From assembly GCA_041659945.1 (NCBI GenBank), contig JBAZXH010000002.1, forward strand, positions 127,415-191,414: DNA of 64,000 bases. The letters run 5' to 3'. The notes under the pieces were generated by a model, which saw nothing but the letters and a program-made list of their open reading frames with translations, ran no database searches and was not told the origin of the DNA. The position numbers and the translations under genes are program-made. The first letter of the stretch is position 1. Each line of letters begins with the position of its first letter. This document shows, one piece after another, positions 47,175 to 56,370 of the stretch. This DNA comes from Candidatus Pacearchaeota archaeon. Lineage in GTDB: Archaea > Nanobdellota > Nanobdellia > Pacearchaeales > GW2011-AR1.

Positions 47175-47459
47175 ATGACATTTGCAACATACACTAAAGT
47201 AAACATTCCTAAGGAGTATACAAGATTAGACAGAGAAAATAATGGCAATCATCTGGAAAGTTATAATGGAAGAAGAGTAATTTTGTTTCATCCATCAGGT
47301 ATGGGAACTGGGTTTGGAGGAGTTTTAGAAATTAGAGAAGAAGTAGCTGACAAAGTATTTCTTGTATCTCCAAATGCTCCTAAAACAGAAGAAGCAAGGC
47401 TAACACTTGGTCTTGAGGGTTTGGAAATTTTTGTTGAGGAAAGAGAAGAAACTGATTGA
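47175..47459 (+). CDS. Hypothetical small protein (orphan, 94 aa)
   Basis: TATA GTTTTTAAAGGA lies about 25 nt upstream of the ATG. Confidence 0.5.
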   Translation: MTFATYTKVNIPKEYTRLDRENNGNHLESYNGRRVILFHPSGMGTGFGGVLEIREEVADKVFLVSPNAPKTEEARLTLGLEGLEIFVEEREETD

Positions 47460-47546
47460 TAGTTTTGTCACTTGCCGTGGATAAAGAAGGTTTATATACA
47501 AGTGAGTTATGCTAATATCGATTATTTAGGTGTGAGAACTATAAAA

Positions 47547-48500
47547 ATGAGGAGTAGAAAAAGAGTATTGACAAAAGTTGTGGCTATGGTAGTCACAGCC
47601 ATGGTTATATTGATAGTTCTTTATTCTGGACCTGCTGAAGCTTATACATTAAGTCTTTCAACTGCAAATACAAATGTTACTGTCGGTGAAAAAGTTAATC
47701 TTAGTGCATCTGTTAAAATAGATAATAGTGAATTATTGAACATAAGCTCACTTGAATTAAAATTAAAGAGCATTAATCCAAGTGTGAATATTAGTTGTAA
47801 ATTTTTACCAAATGGAACGGTTATTAGTGGATGTGCTGGAATGACCATAACACAGGTTGAATCAACACCCTTTGGCTATGGTTATATTAATAATGGTTAT
47901 GGCTATGGTTTTAAACCAGGTACACTAAAATATGACATAGTTCTTAATACGAGTGGCTATGCTCCGGGAAGATATAATACTTATATTAATTTTAGTGTCG
48001 GTAATCAGACATTTGAAAAGACTGGAGATATTATTAATATTAAGAAGGCTCCTAACCATATAAGACGTACAATACCAAACAGCTGTAATTTTAGTGTTGG
48101 TCAATCAATATTTGATAAGAACATAAGAGGAGTATCTGGATCTGGGATACTTGTTGCTAATGGAACTGCATTTGACAATGAAAAATTAATTTTAACTGCT
48201 CGTTCTAAGGGAGCTAATCGTGGAGAGGGAACACTCACAGCTCAAATTAAACAATCAAGATTTACTGTTACAAGGTTTAGCTATACATTTAAGATAAATA
48301 AAGTTGTGGAAAATGACACAACTGCACTACTTTATTTGAAAGGAAATTATAAAACTGGATTCTTTAAAAAACCAATTCCTTTGGAAACTGTGTTAACCTT
48401 AAACAAGCAAACAGGTTTGGTAAGTTTAAGTGGAGATGGTGTTAGTTTGACAGGTATGCAAGTTATCTACAATGGAAAGGGTTGTTCTGCTGGACTTTGA
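47547..48500 (+). CDS. Secreted beta-rich protein (hypothetical)
   Basis: ATG 47547 gives the signal peptide MRSRKRVLTKVVAMVVTAMVILIVLYSGPAEA. The ORF-track extension from 47472 is unlikely. Confidence 0.6.
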   Translation: MRSRKRVLTKVVAMVVTAMVILIVLYSGPAEAYTLSLSTANTNVTVGEKVNLSASVKIDNSELLNISSLELKLKSINPSVNISCKFLPNGTVISGCAGMTITQVESTPFGYGYINNGYGYGFKPGTLKYDIVLNTSGYAPGRYNTYINFSVGNQTFEKTGDIINIKKAPNHIRRTIPNSCNFSVGQSIFDKNIRGVSGSGILVANGTAFDNEKLILTARSKGANRGEGTLTAQIKQSRFTVTRFSYTFKINKVVENDTTALLYLKGNYKTGFFKKPIPLETVLTLNKQTGLVSLSGDGVSLTGMQVIYNGKGCSAGL

Positions 48501-48536
48501 TTCTTTTTGACTTTTGAAAAACTAATTTGAAAACAC

Positions 48537-48693
48537 TTTTGAAAGCATACCATAACTGTTTGTGCTTGTCAGGAACCTTGGATTCTGGTTCTTGATCACT
48601 GTCAAGATGCCAATTCTCAAGCATCTTGAAGTCGCAAAACATCCCTAATTTATCATAGCTTAACTTGCTTATTTAGCTATAACATCATGAAGT
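48537..48693 (+). repeat. Left copy of an about 94-nt inverted repeat (interrupted by a 64-nt insertion)
   Basis: 48537-48566 plus 48631-48693 match the reverse complement of 53105-53198 at about 88-90% identity. Confidence 0.7.
48567..48630 (+). repeat. 64-nt double-hairpin insertion within the left repeat copy (miniature element?)
   Basis: Absent from the right copy. Hairpin 1 is CAGGAACC-ttggattc?-GGTTCTTG (same termini as copies A and B). Hairpin 2 is TCAAGATGC-10 nt-GCATCTTGA. Confidence 0.6.
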
Positions 48694-48771
48694 CTAGCGA
48701 AAGGATTGAGCTATTGTTTTTAGTATCTTTACTATAGAAAAGTATTTATTCTAGTTAGTATTAACAAAAAG

Positions 48772-48948
48772 ATGGCTAGCGAATTTGATAAAGACCTTGA
48801 AGGGTGTGTTGAAGGAGAGACTATTACAGAATCTGCTTCTGGTACTTTTGGAGAATCAGAAACATATTTCATAGTAAGAGTTAGTTCTGATGGTAGAAAA
48901 TATCTTGAGGAAACAGGACATAGTGGTAATTTAGTCGATAATAGATAA
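48772..48948 (+). CDS. Possible 58-aa acidic small protein
   Basis: ORF MASEFDKDLEGCVEGE...; TATA AAAAGTATTTATTC lies about 30 nt upstream. Confidence 0.3.
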   Translation: MASEFDKDLEGCVEGETITESASGTFGESETYFIVRVSSDGRKYLEETGHSGNLVDNR

Positions 48949-48990
48949 GTTTCACTAAATCTATATAAATCTGCATTTTATTGTTATTTT

Positions 48991-50448
48991 ATGGCTATTG
49001 ACAGAAAAAAAATTGGTTATATTATTCTAATTGTAATACTGGTTTTTGCGATCTTTTTAAGGGTTTATTCACTTTCTCATCAAAGTCTTTGGGTTGATGA
49101 GGCTATATCTGCATCAGCTTCAAAGATAATCTTGGAAAAGGGAACTCCGGTTTTTGATTCGGGAGCGTTTTATGGTAGAGCATATGTTTTTCACTATGCT
49201 CAGGCATTCTTTTTACTTTTTGGAGAAAATGATTTTAATGTGAGGATTTTGTCTGTGATTTTAGGTTTGTTGACTGTTGTGTTGGCTTATTTTGTTGGAA
49301 AGGAATATTCAAAGAGTGGAGGAGTGATTTGTGCTTTGTTTATGTCGGTTTTTTATCTGGAAGTATTTTTTTCAAGGCAGGCCAGATTTTACCAGCTGTT
49401 TCAGCTAGCTTTTTTTGCTTGTTTATATTTCTTGTATAAATCAAACCACAGTAAAGAAAAAAGCAAAAAAACCGAAGTAGTTTATTTGATTTTGTCTCTT
49501 GTTGCATTTTTTATTGCCCTTGATTCACAGATTGCTGCACTTGTTTTAGCTCCATTTTTAATTGGCTATATTTTAATTTACAATAAACCAAAATATCTTG
49601 CTATTATTCCGGTGATTCCACTTGTTTGGAAATTAATAGCTGTGTTGGGACTTAGTTCTCAGTCTACAGAATCAGTAATTAATTATGCGACAGGTTATCT
49701 AAATTATGTAAGTAATCTTTACTATCTTTTGATATTTTTTATTCCGGGAGTTATTTGGTCTTTCCTTAAAAAGAAGACATTTACCTTGTTAATTATCTTG
49801 CCCTCACTGGTTCTTTTAGCTGGAGTATTTTTAGTGCAGACCTTTGCTCTGAGATATGGTTACTTTTTTGTTTTTCCACTTGTTGTTTATTCTTCACTAT
49901 TGCTTTGCTATTTATATGAAAAGTATGATAAGATATTTTTAATTGCAATCATTGGTGTTTTGTTGATTCCTTCAAATATCTTTTTTCCTTATACTTTTGT
50001 CAATGTGATAAAACCAATTGATTATAATCATGCTGCTATGGATTATTCAAGCCCCGAAACAAATTATAAAATAATTCCAATGAATGTCCTAAACGAACTA
50101 AAGAATAAAAATAATACATTAATTTCGTTTTTTTCTGCTGATGTTGAATGGTACATAAGAAAACCTGATCTTGTTATTCCGTTTTCCATGGATGGCAGAG
50201 GAGAAGATGAAATATCCTATAACTCAACAGACATAAATAATGTTACAAAAATCGTAGACATTTATAGCGGAGCGCCAATAATTAATTACAGTCAAACTTC
50301 AAAGATTAAAAGACCATACTATGTAACAGCAGATAGCTTTTCATACTTTAAGCTAAAACCTGGCCAATTGGCTAGCTTTAGCAATCTCACAGCCAATTGC
50401 AGTCTGGCTTACTCGGCCGATGATTTGAAGGTATTTGAGTGTAGGTAG
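48991..50448 (+). CDS. GT-C fold glycosyltransferase (PMT_2/ArnT/GT39-like polytopic membrane protein)
   Basis: More than 10 TM. The first-loop motif LSHQSLWVDEAISASAS carries the DE motif typical of ArnT/PMT enzymes. Confidence 0.6.
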   Translation: MAIDRKKIGYIILIVILVFAIFLRVYSLSHQSLWVDEAISASASKIILEKGTPVFDSGAFYGRAYVFHYAQAFFLLFGENDFNVRILSVILGLLTVVLAYFVGKEYSKSGGVICALFMSVFYLEVFFSRQARFYQLFQLAFFACLYFLYKSNHSKEKSKKTEVVYLILSLVAFFIALDSQIAALVLAPFLIGYILIYNKPKYLAIIPVIPLVWKLIAVLGLSSQSTESVINYATGYLNYVSNLYYLLIFFIPGVIWSFLKKKTFTLLIILPSLVLLAGVFLVQTFALRYGYFFVFPLVVYSSLLLCYLYEKYDKIFLIAIIGVLLIPSNIFFPYTFVNVIKPIDYNHAAMDYSSPETNYKIIPMNVLNELKNKNNTLISFFSADVEWYIRKPDLVIPFSMDGRGEDEISYNSTDINNVTKIVDIYSGAPIINYSQTSKIKRPYYVTADSFSYFKLKPGQLASFSNLTANCSLAYSADDLKVFECR

Positions 50449-50491
50449 CTTAGTTAACTGAAGAATAATTAAGAAGATGCAGTCTAGTAGA

Positions 50492-51148
50492 CTATCTTAA
50501 ACAATTTTCCATGATAATATTTCTACCTAACACTAAAAATTTAAAGTTTTCTCTTAGTTCTCTTGAATATCCTTTTGCAAGAGAAACACTAAAAACTTCT
50601 TTTCCATAATTTTGGGAAAGTTTCATAGCTGGAGTAAAATCAGCATCTCCTGAAAAAGTTATCAAAACATTGGATTTGTTTTTAATAGCCGATTCAACTA
50701 AATCAACAGCAAGCATTATGTCAATGCCTTTTTCTTTCATTTTTACATTCCCAATTGTGTCTAATATGTTTTGTTCAACAAGAGGTTTACAATTTTCACA
50801 TAACTCCATAGAATCAATAAGCTCTTGTTTTTCTTTTAATAGTTCTTTAGTTGAGTGAACCTGCAGTTTTCTGGTATGAACAGTAAATTTAGGAATCTTT
50901 CTTAAATCATCAATAAATTTAAGATGAGCAAAATATAAGTCTTTTCCATCTCTTAGTGTTGGCATTGAATTATAATATCTAACTTCTTTTAATTCAACGT
51001 CAAAATGTTTGCAAATAAAATTTACTAATTTTTGAAAATCTAAACTAGATGGCTTAATTTTCATCTGCTTTAGGTTGTGATATAAGTTATTACCATCAAT
51101 AAAGATAATCGCCTCTTTCACCATTTTAAAGAATATAAAGCCCGGCAT
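50492..51148 (-). CDS. NYN/LabA-like (PIN-related) nuclease domain protein
   Basis: AIIFIDGNNLYH N-terminal motif and ...ITFSGDADF are typical of NYN/DUF88. The start could be ATG 51124. Confidence 0.6.
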   Translation of the reverse strand: MPGFIFFKMVKEAIIFIDGNNLYHNLKQMKIKPSSLDFQKLVNFICKHFDVELKEVRYYNSMPTLRDGKDLYFAHLKFIDDLRKIPKFTVHTRKLQVHSTKELLKEKQELIDSMELCENCKPLVEQNILDTIGNVKMKEKGIDIMLAVDLVESAIKNKSNVLITFSGDADFTPAMKLSQNYGKEVFSVSLAKGYSRELRENFKFLVLGRNIIMENCLR

Positions 51149-51243
51149 TGTCCGAAGACCATCCCGGGGACTTAATAATTATTGTAGCCTGATGAAGTAT
51201 TTAAAACTTTCTTTTGTTCTTGAGGTTTCCAGAGTTTAGTGAT

Positions 51244-51296
51244 GACAATTTGCCTGTTTTTCAAGTATAGAAATCTTTAAAGAAGGGCAAATTGTC
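51244..51296. promoter_or_regulatory. 11-bp perfect inverted repeat bracketing the TATA box of the 576-aa gene
   Basis: GACAATTTGCC (51244-51254) and GGCAAATTGTC (51286-51296) flank TCTTTAAAGA (51274-51283). The ATG is at 51306. Confidence 0.45.
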
Positions 51297-51305
51297 TAAG
51301 ACGAG

Positions 51306-53036
51306 ATGGAGAGTAGTGATAAAAAGGATGAACCAAGCGCTCAAAAGTCAAATACTTTTGGCGCCTCAAGTTCTGACGAACTTAAGGAAAAGAGGCCTCT
51401 GAGCTATAGTGAAGCCTATAGAAAAAAGTATGAGGCTTATCTTGCAAGTAAAAACCCTAATTATTCTAGACCAATTATACCTAATCCTCCGGCTAATGCT
51501 GCCTCAAACACGCCTAAACCTGCTAGCTTTACGGATGTTGTCAAGAAGGAGGTAAAGGAAAGCGAAAAAGTAATTGACAGAGAAGTTAAAAAACTGGAAA
51601 AGTTCACAGTAAAAGAAACAGATCATTTTGTTCATCCTAGAAAAGCAAAAAGAGTTGAAAGAGGAATTATTATTGCGGTCTATATTGTGGTTCTTTTGAT
51701 TATTGCATATTTTATCATGGCAAGCTTTTTTCCGCAATATCTTCCGTGGGATACAAATGACTATAAAATTAGTGCAACAGATGTTAATCTTTTTAATTCG
51801 CTAAAAAGCTTTTACATTGAAAATCCGGCTGTTCTTGGAGATGAAATAACTGTAAGCAATATACAAGTAAAGCCGATTATTTCAACAAAGAAGTTTAATT
51901 TGATATTTGTGCCAAAAACAACCGTAGCAAAGGGCACAAATGCCACACTGCAGCTAAATTTAATTTTAAGTTCAACAAATTCAAGTGATATTTACATTAA
52001 CAATAAATTAATGTTTGTAAATCTTGATAATTACAACTTACTAAGCGAAAACAACAGAGATTATATTTATGCAAAAAAAGACATTATGCAATATGTCAGC
52101 AGTAATCTAACAAATTCTGCATCCAGTGAAGAATTTGTTTATCAAAATATTCCGGGGGCAAGTGTCTGGTCAACTAGAACTTTAGATCCGATAAACATAG
52201 CATTGACAGATTATAAACAAGAAGTAACTCTAATCAATGGAACATTTAGAGATAATCTCAAGCTGGCAGTTTATGCAAATGAGAATTTAACTATGTTTTT
52301 CACAAAGCAGGATCTTAATGGCTATGTTGGTCAGGATGAATATACAATTGATGTAACAGACTTTCAGGGTAATTTAATTTATACTGGCCTATTGGAGGAT
52401 GATGGTGATAAGATTGCTTCAAATAAACTCGGAAAGGCACAGACATACATGATAAATCTAAGCGCTATGCCAGAGGGCGTTTATTATGTCACCTTCACCA
52501 AGGATGCTTTCAATGATGCTGCGGATTCAACAATCAAAGACATTAGAATAAATTCAAATAAAGCTGTAATTGTTGGTAATTTTCTGCCAATCTCTCCATT
52601 CAGCTTTTACACCCAGGCAGGTTTGCCAAAGAATATTAGTTTCTATTATTGGCATGGAGGAAAAGATCAGCTTGCAAATATCAACAATAGAACTAATATT
52701 AATCTGAGTAAAGACTGGATGGGTAAAAGATATGACTATAGTTTAATAAAGGGCAGCTATAATATTAAGTTGCCAAAGGGAGATCTTTGGATTTACAATG
52801 ATTTTGCTTCTGTAAATAGGGCCAACTGGTTTGATATTCCAACTAGCACAGATCAAGATACGCAAGTAACTGATCCAAAGGTCCTTATAATAAACAAAGA
52901 TACTTTTGATAGAAGTTCAGGTAAGTTAATACTAAACCAGGATGTTACGTTAAGCGGCAAGTCAAATACTTTCAGTGTATTGGTATTAAATCAAAATAGC
53001 ACATATTTAGATAACATAAGGCTGATTATGAGGTGA
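51306..53036 (+). CDS. Type II membrane protein with a large extracellular domain (hypothetical)
   Basis: About 120-aa S/P/K-rich cytoplasmic N-terminus, a single TM IIIAVYIVVLLIIAYFIMASFF, and an N-glycosylation-sequon-rich ectodomain. Confidence 0.65.
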   Translation: MESSDKKDEPSAQKSNTFGASSSDELKEKRPLSYSEAYRKKYEAYLASKNPNYSRPIIPNPPANAASNTPKPASFTDVVKKEVKESEKVIDREVKKLEKFTVKETDHFVHPRKAKRVERGIIIAVYIVVLLIIAYFIMASFFPQYLPWDTNDYKISATDVNLFNSLKSFYIENPAVLGDEITVSNIQVKPIISTKKFNLIFVPKTTVAKGTNATLQLNLILSSTNSSDIYINNKLMFVNLDNYNLLSENNRDYIYAKKDIMQYVSSNLTNSASSEEFVYQNIPGASVWSTRTLDPINIALTDYKQEVTLINGTFRDNLKLAVYANENLTMFFTKQDLNGYVGQDEYTIDVTDFQGNLIYTGLLEDDGDKIASNKLGKAQTYMINLSAMPEGVYYVTFTKDAFNDAADSTIKDIRINSNKAVIVGNFLPISPFSFYTQAGLPKNISFYYWHGGKDQLANINNRTNINLSKDWMGKRYDYSLIKGSYNIKLPKGDLWIYNDFASVNRANWFDIPTSTDQDTQVTDPKVLIINKDTFDRSSGKLILNQDVTLSGKSNTFSVLVLNQNSTYLDNIRLIMR

Positions 53037-53104
53037 TGTTAAAACTACGATGTTTGAAAGCACGTCTGAAAATGTATAGACAATTGTTCACATCCGTTCA
53101 CATT

Positions 53105-53198
53105 ACTTCATGAGGTTAAAGCTAAATAAGCAGGTTAAATTATGATAAATTCGGGATGTTTTGCGACAGCACAAACAATTATGGTAAGCTTTTCAAAA
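53105..53198 (-). repeat. Right copy of the about 94-nt inverted repeat
   Basis: Its reverse complement aligns with 48537-48566 plus 48631-48693. Confidence 0.7.
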
Positions 53199-53230
53199 CT
53201 TCAAAACTAAATGAACAAAAATAAGTTAAA

Positions 53231-55114
53231 ATGAATATAAGAAAAATAGTTGGAGGTGTTGCAATTCCTGCCAATATTCTCCTTATTATAACAATTATCC
53301 TGAATATTATGGGAATTCTCCCAACTTTTTGGAAAACAGTTTATGTTTTTTACATAGTTTTGGCAATTGATACAGCTTATCTTGCCCTCAAATTAAACAG
53401 ACTTCCAGAGCATGAAAGAAGTCATTCATCTATTGCATATTTATCAAAGTATTTTTTCCTGCTTGGCCTAGTCGTTTTGGCAGTTAATCAATTCCTGAAG
53501 CGACAGATAATAAACGATTATCTGCCTTACATAATTGGTGTAATAATTGCGTTGGGCTTTCTCACTTTCTTTGCCAGTAGAGAGCGAGTTGAAAAAGAAC
53601 TCGATGATGAAAAGACAAAAGAGGAAAATGCAGAGCAAAAAAGAAAATCTGAATTTAAGGATAAATATCCAAGAATAAACAGAATTCCTCTTTTGAGAGG
53701 AATTGTCAGGTGGATGTATAAAGAGGGTTGGTGGTATTCTGTTGGGTTGATTGCTATTGTTGTTTTGGGGTTTGTGCTGAGGATTTGGAATTTAGGAGCT
53801 GTACCTTTTTGGTATGATGAGTTGTTACATATCTCACAAATACAAACAATAAATTCTTTAACTGAGCTGGGAAATATTCATTTTACATATACTAGAACTC
53901 TTCCGATTACATTTTTAGCCCTTATTGGCAAACTACTTTTTAAGGCTACTAGTGAGTTTACAATGAGGTTCCCAATTGTTATTTTATCTCTAATTTCTAT
54001 GCCATTAGTTTATTTATTGACAAAAAGATTTATTTCAAAAAGATATTCGATTTTAGCTTCGTTCTTTGTATGTATAAATCCAGTTTGTATAATTATATCA
54101 CAAGAAGTTAGATATTATGTACTTTTAAGTATCCTTATTTTACTATTTTATATTTGTTTATACTCTAAGATTAATTTAAAGTTAAAAGTTGTTTTTCTTA
54201 TTTTATTGTCGTATTTTTGCCTTGATTGTTCTTTAATTGCCTTCCCATTTATTATAATTTGTATTGTATTCTTCTTCTTAGATTTTAAAAATAAGCAAGA
54301 GGCTTTTAAGTTTATTAAAAAGAATAGGAATTTAATAATTTTTATAGTAATAGTATTAGTCTCATTCTTTATTTACAAAATACCCCATATTATTAATAAT
54401 AATTATTTCAACATAAACGATCTATTTGAGTTTAAAATTGATTTTTTTACTTTTGTTGGTATCCCTTTGCTTATACTATTCATCTTATCTATACTGGTTT
54501 TATATTTTAGGTCATTTAATAGACTAAAACATATTACTTTAACTATCTTAGTTTTCATTTTCATTTTTGCATTAGTTAATACTCGATTTAAGGATGCTGT
54601 TAGATACGTTACTTTTTTGGCTCCTATAATAATCCTAATTAGTACTGTTACTATTTTTTCGATATCAAAGATTTATATAAAGCTTAGTAAAATTGTATTT
54701 ATTCTTGTAATAATTTTAATGATTCTTTTACAAACTTCAGTATATTTTACGGAGAACAATGCTTTTTTAACAAAACAACAAGTTACTTGGGCTAGACCAG
54801 ATTATCGTGCTTGGTCTTCATTAAACATCTCTCCAGAAGCAATAGTAATATCTAATGTTCCCCATATAGCTAAATATTATGTTGGAAGAGTAGATTATTC
54901 TTTGGATATTACTTCTACTAGTGAGTTTGATCCTATATCAAAAACCCCCCTAATTAAGGATTATGCTATTTTAAATAAATCCTGTTCATACATTTTTTCT
55001 GATTATAGAACAAGTTATATGTGGGATAAAACAATTCAAGATCTTGTTGATAAAGAATTTAAAATAATTTTGGTTACTAGACAAACTAAAGTTTACGAAT
55101 CTAACTATTGCTGA
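53231..55114 (+). CDS. GT-C fold glycosyltransferase-like polytopic membrane protein with an extra N-terminal TM domain
   Basis: LRIWNLGAVPFWYDELLHIS (DE motif) after an about 170-aa N-terminal extension. Many TM; very AT-rich. Confidence 0.55.
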   Translation: MNIRKIVGGVAIPANILLIITIILNIMGILPTFWKTVYVFYIVLAIDTAYLALKLNRLPEHERSHSSIAYLSKYFFLLGLVVLAVNQFLKRQIINDYLPYIIGVIIALGFLTFFASRERVEKELDDEKTKEENAEQKRKSEFKDKYPRINRIPLLRGIVRWMYKEGWWYSVGLIAIVVLGFVLRIWNLGAVPFWYDELLHISQIQTINSLTELGNIHFTYTRTLPITFLALIGKLLFKATSEFTMRFPIVILSLISMPLVYLLTKRFISKRYSILASFFVCINPVCIIISQEVRYYVLLSILILLFYICLYSKINLKLKVVFLILLSYFCLDCSLIAFPFIIICIVFFFLDFKNKQEAFKFIKKNRNLIIFIVIVLVSFFIYKIPHIINNNYFNINDLFEFKIDFFTFVGIPLLILFILSILVLYFRSFNRLKHITLTILVFIFIFALVNTRFKDAVRYVTFLAPIIILISTVTIFSISKIYIKLSKIVFILVIILMILLQTSVYFTENNAFLTKQQVTWARPDYRAWSSLNISPEAIVISNVPHIAKYYVGRVDYSLDITSTSEFDPISKTPLIKDYAILNKSCSYIFSDYRTSYMWDKTIQDLVDKEFKIILVTRQTKVYESNYC

Positions 55115-56363
55115 CCTTTTTTCTTATTTTATAAAAATAAATAAGTCTCAGTCCTATGGCCATCAAAACACTAGATATTGTAAATGCATAGATTATTCCA
55201 ATATATCCAAAGAGGTGAAGGAGAATAAAACTTAGTATTACTCCTAAAACACCAAGTATTAAGTAGAACTTAGCCATGAGACTTGCATAACCTGTTGGAA
55301 CAGTTATTCCAAAATCAATTGTAGCAGACCAAACATTTGTGACAAAGATTATTACTGTAAATATAAATATTTCAAAGAATAGATTATTGTAGTAATTTGC
55401 AAAAAATATCCTGATAAGAATGGGGCCTAAAAAATAAGCTAATAATCCTAAGATTATTCCGGCAGCTAAAAATATCAAAGTATACTTCTTTAGCTTTTGG
55501 TATATTTTAGCATAATCTTTTTTTGCAGCTAATATTGTAAAGTTTGGAGCAATAACTTGCCCCAACATAGAAAAGGGTAACACTAATGCCATGAATATTT
55601 TGTTTAATAATTCGTAAACTGCGATTTGATCTATATAATTATAATGCCCTAAGATGAGTATGCCAAATCTCATGAATAGATAATTCCCTACCACAGCAAT
55701 TCCATAAACAAAAGAGTACTTTCCCACTTCTTTCATAACTGTTTTATTCCATTTGAAATTAAACTCTTTGTAACCAATAGCTAAACCTATCAAGAGAATT
55801 AAATAAAATAAGTTTTGAGCTATTAAAGCACCAATTAGTCCATATTGTTTAACTAAAAAATAAACAAAAATTATGGAAATAAAACTCGCTATTACTGAGA
55901 TTATTGCTAGTTTTTTGAATTTTTTTAACCCCCGGTATATTCCATCATACAAAGAAGTCATTGGAGTTAAGAAAATTAGTGGGAGAAGATATAGAACATA
56001 AGCGTATTTATCTTTTAGATAACTTGGACCAATTATCAATGTTAATGCAGTAATTAATAATGTTAGCCCTAAGATTAGTATTCCGGAGTTAAAAAGTACT
56101 GCTTTTAATTTTTCCTTATCAATTAAGCTATATTCAGTAACATACTTTGATGTTGCTGTTGAAATACCAAAGTCTCCAAAAATTACTAAGAAAAAGATTA
56201 TTGCCAAAACATAGTTATAAATTCCAAAATCATAAGGGACCAAAATTTTTGCACATAAAATAAAAATAATAAAGATAATTCCTTGTTTAGAACCTAACTG
56301 TAAAACTCTCCAAATAAAGTTGTCTACTGTTTCTTTGTGTTGATGATATTTATCTTTTAACAT
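55101..56363 (-). CDS. Wzx-like polysaccharide/oligosaccharide flippase (MOP superfamily)
   Basis: 420 aa, about 12 TM, within the glycosyltransferase operon. Confidence 0.6.
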   Translation of the reverse strand: MLKDKYHQHKETVDNFIWRVLQLGSKQGIIFIIFILCAKILVPYDFGIYNYVLAIIFFLVIFGDFGISTATSKYVTEYSLIDKEKLKAVLFNSGILILGLTLLITALTLIIGPSYLKDKYAYVLYLLPLIFLTPMTSLYDGIYRGLKKFKKLAIISVIASFISIIFVYFLVKQYGLIGALIAQNLFYLILLIGLAIGYKEFNFKWNKTVMKEVGKYSFVYGIAVVGNYLFMRFGILILGHYNYIDQIAVYELLNKIFMALVLPFSMLGQVIAPNFTILAAKKDYAKIYQKLKKYTLIFLAAGIILGLLAYFLGPILIRIFFANYYNNLFFEIFIFTVIIFVTNVWSATIDFGITVPTGYASLMAKFYLILGVLGVILSFILLHLFGYIGIIYAFTISSVLMAIGLRLIYFYKIRKKVSNS

Positions 56364-56370
56364 ATTTATT

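Noticed and set aside
51195-51250. CTGATGA and GTGATGA (C-box-like) motifs suggesting a C/D box sRNA
   Set aside because: No CUGA D or D' boxes occur at the required approximately 12-nt guide spacing on either strand.
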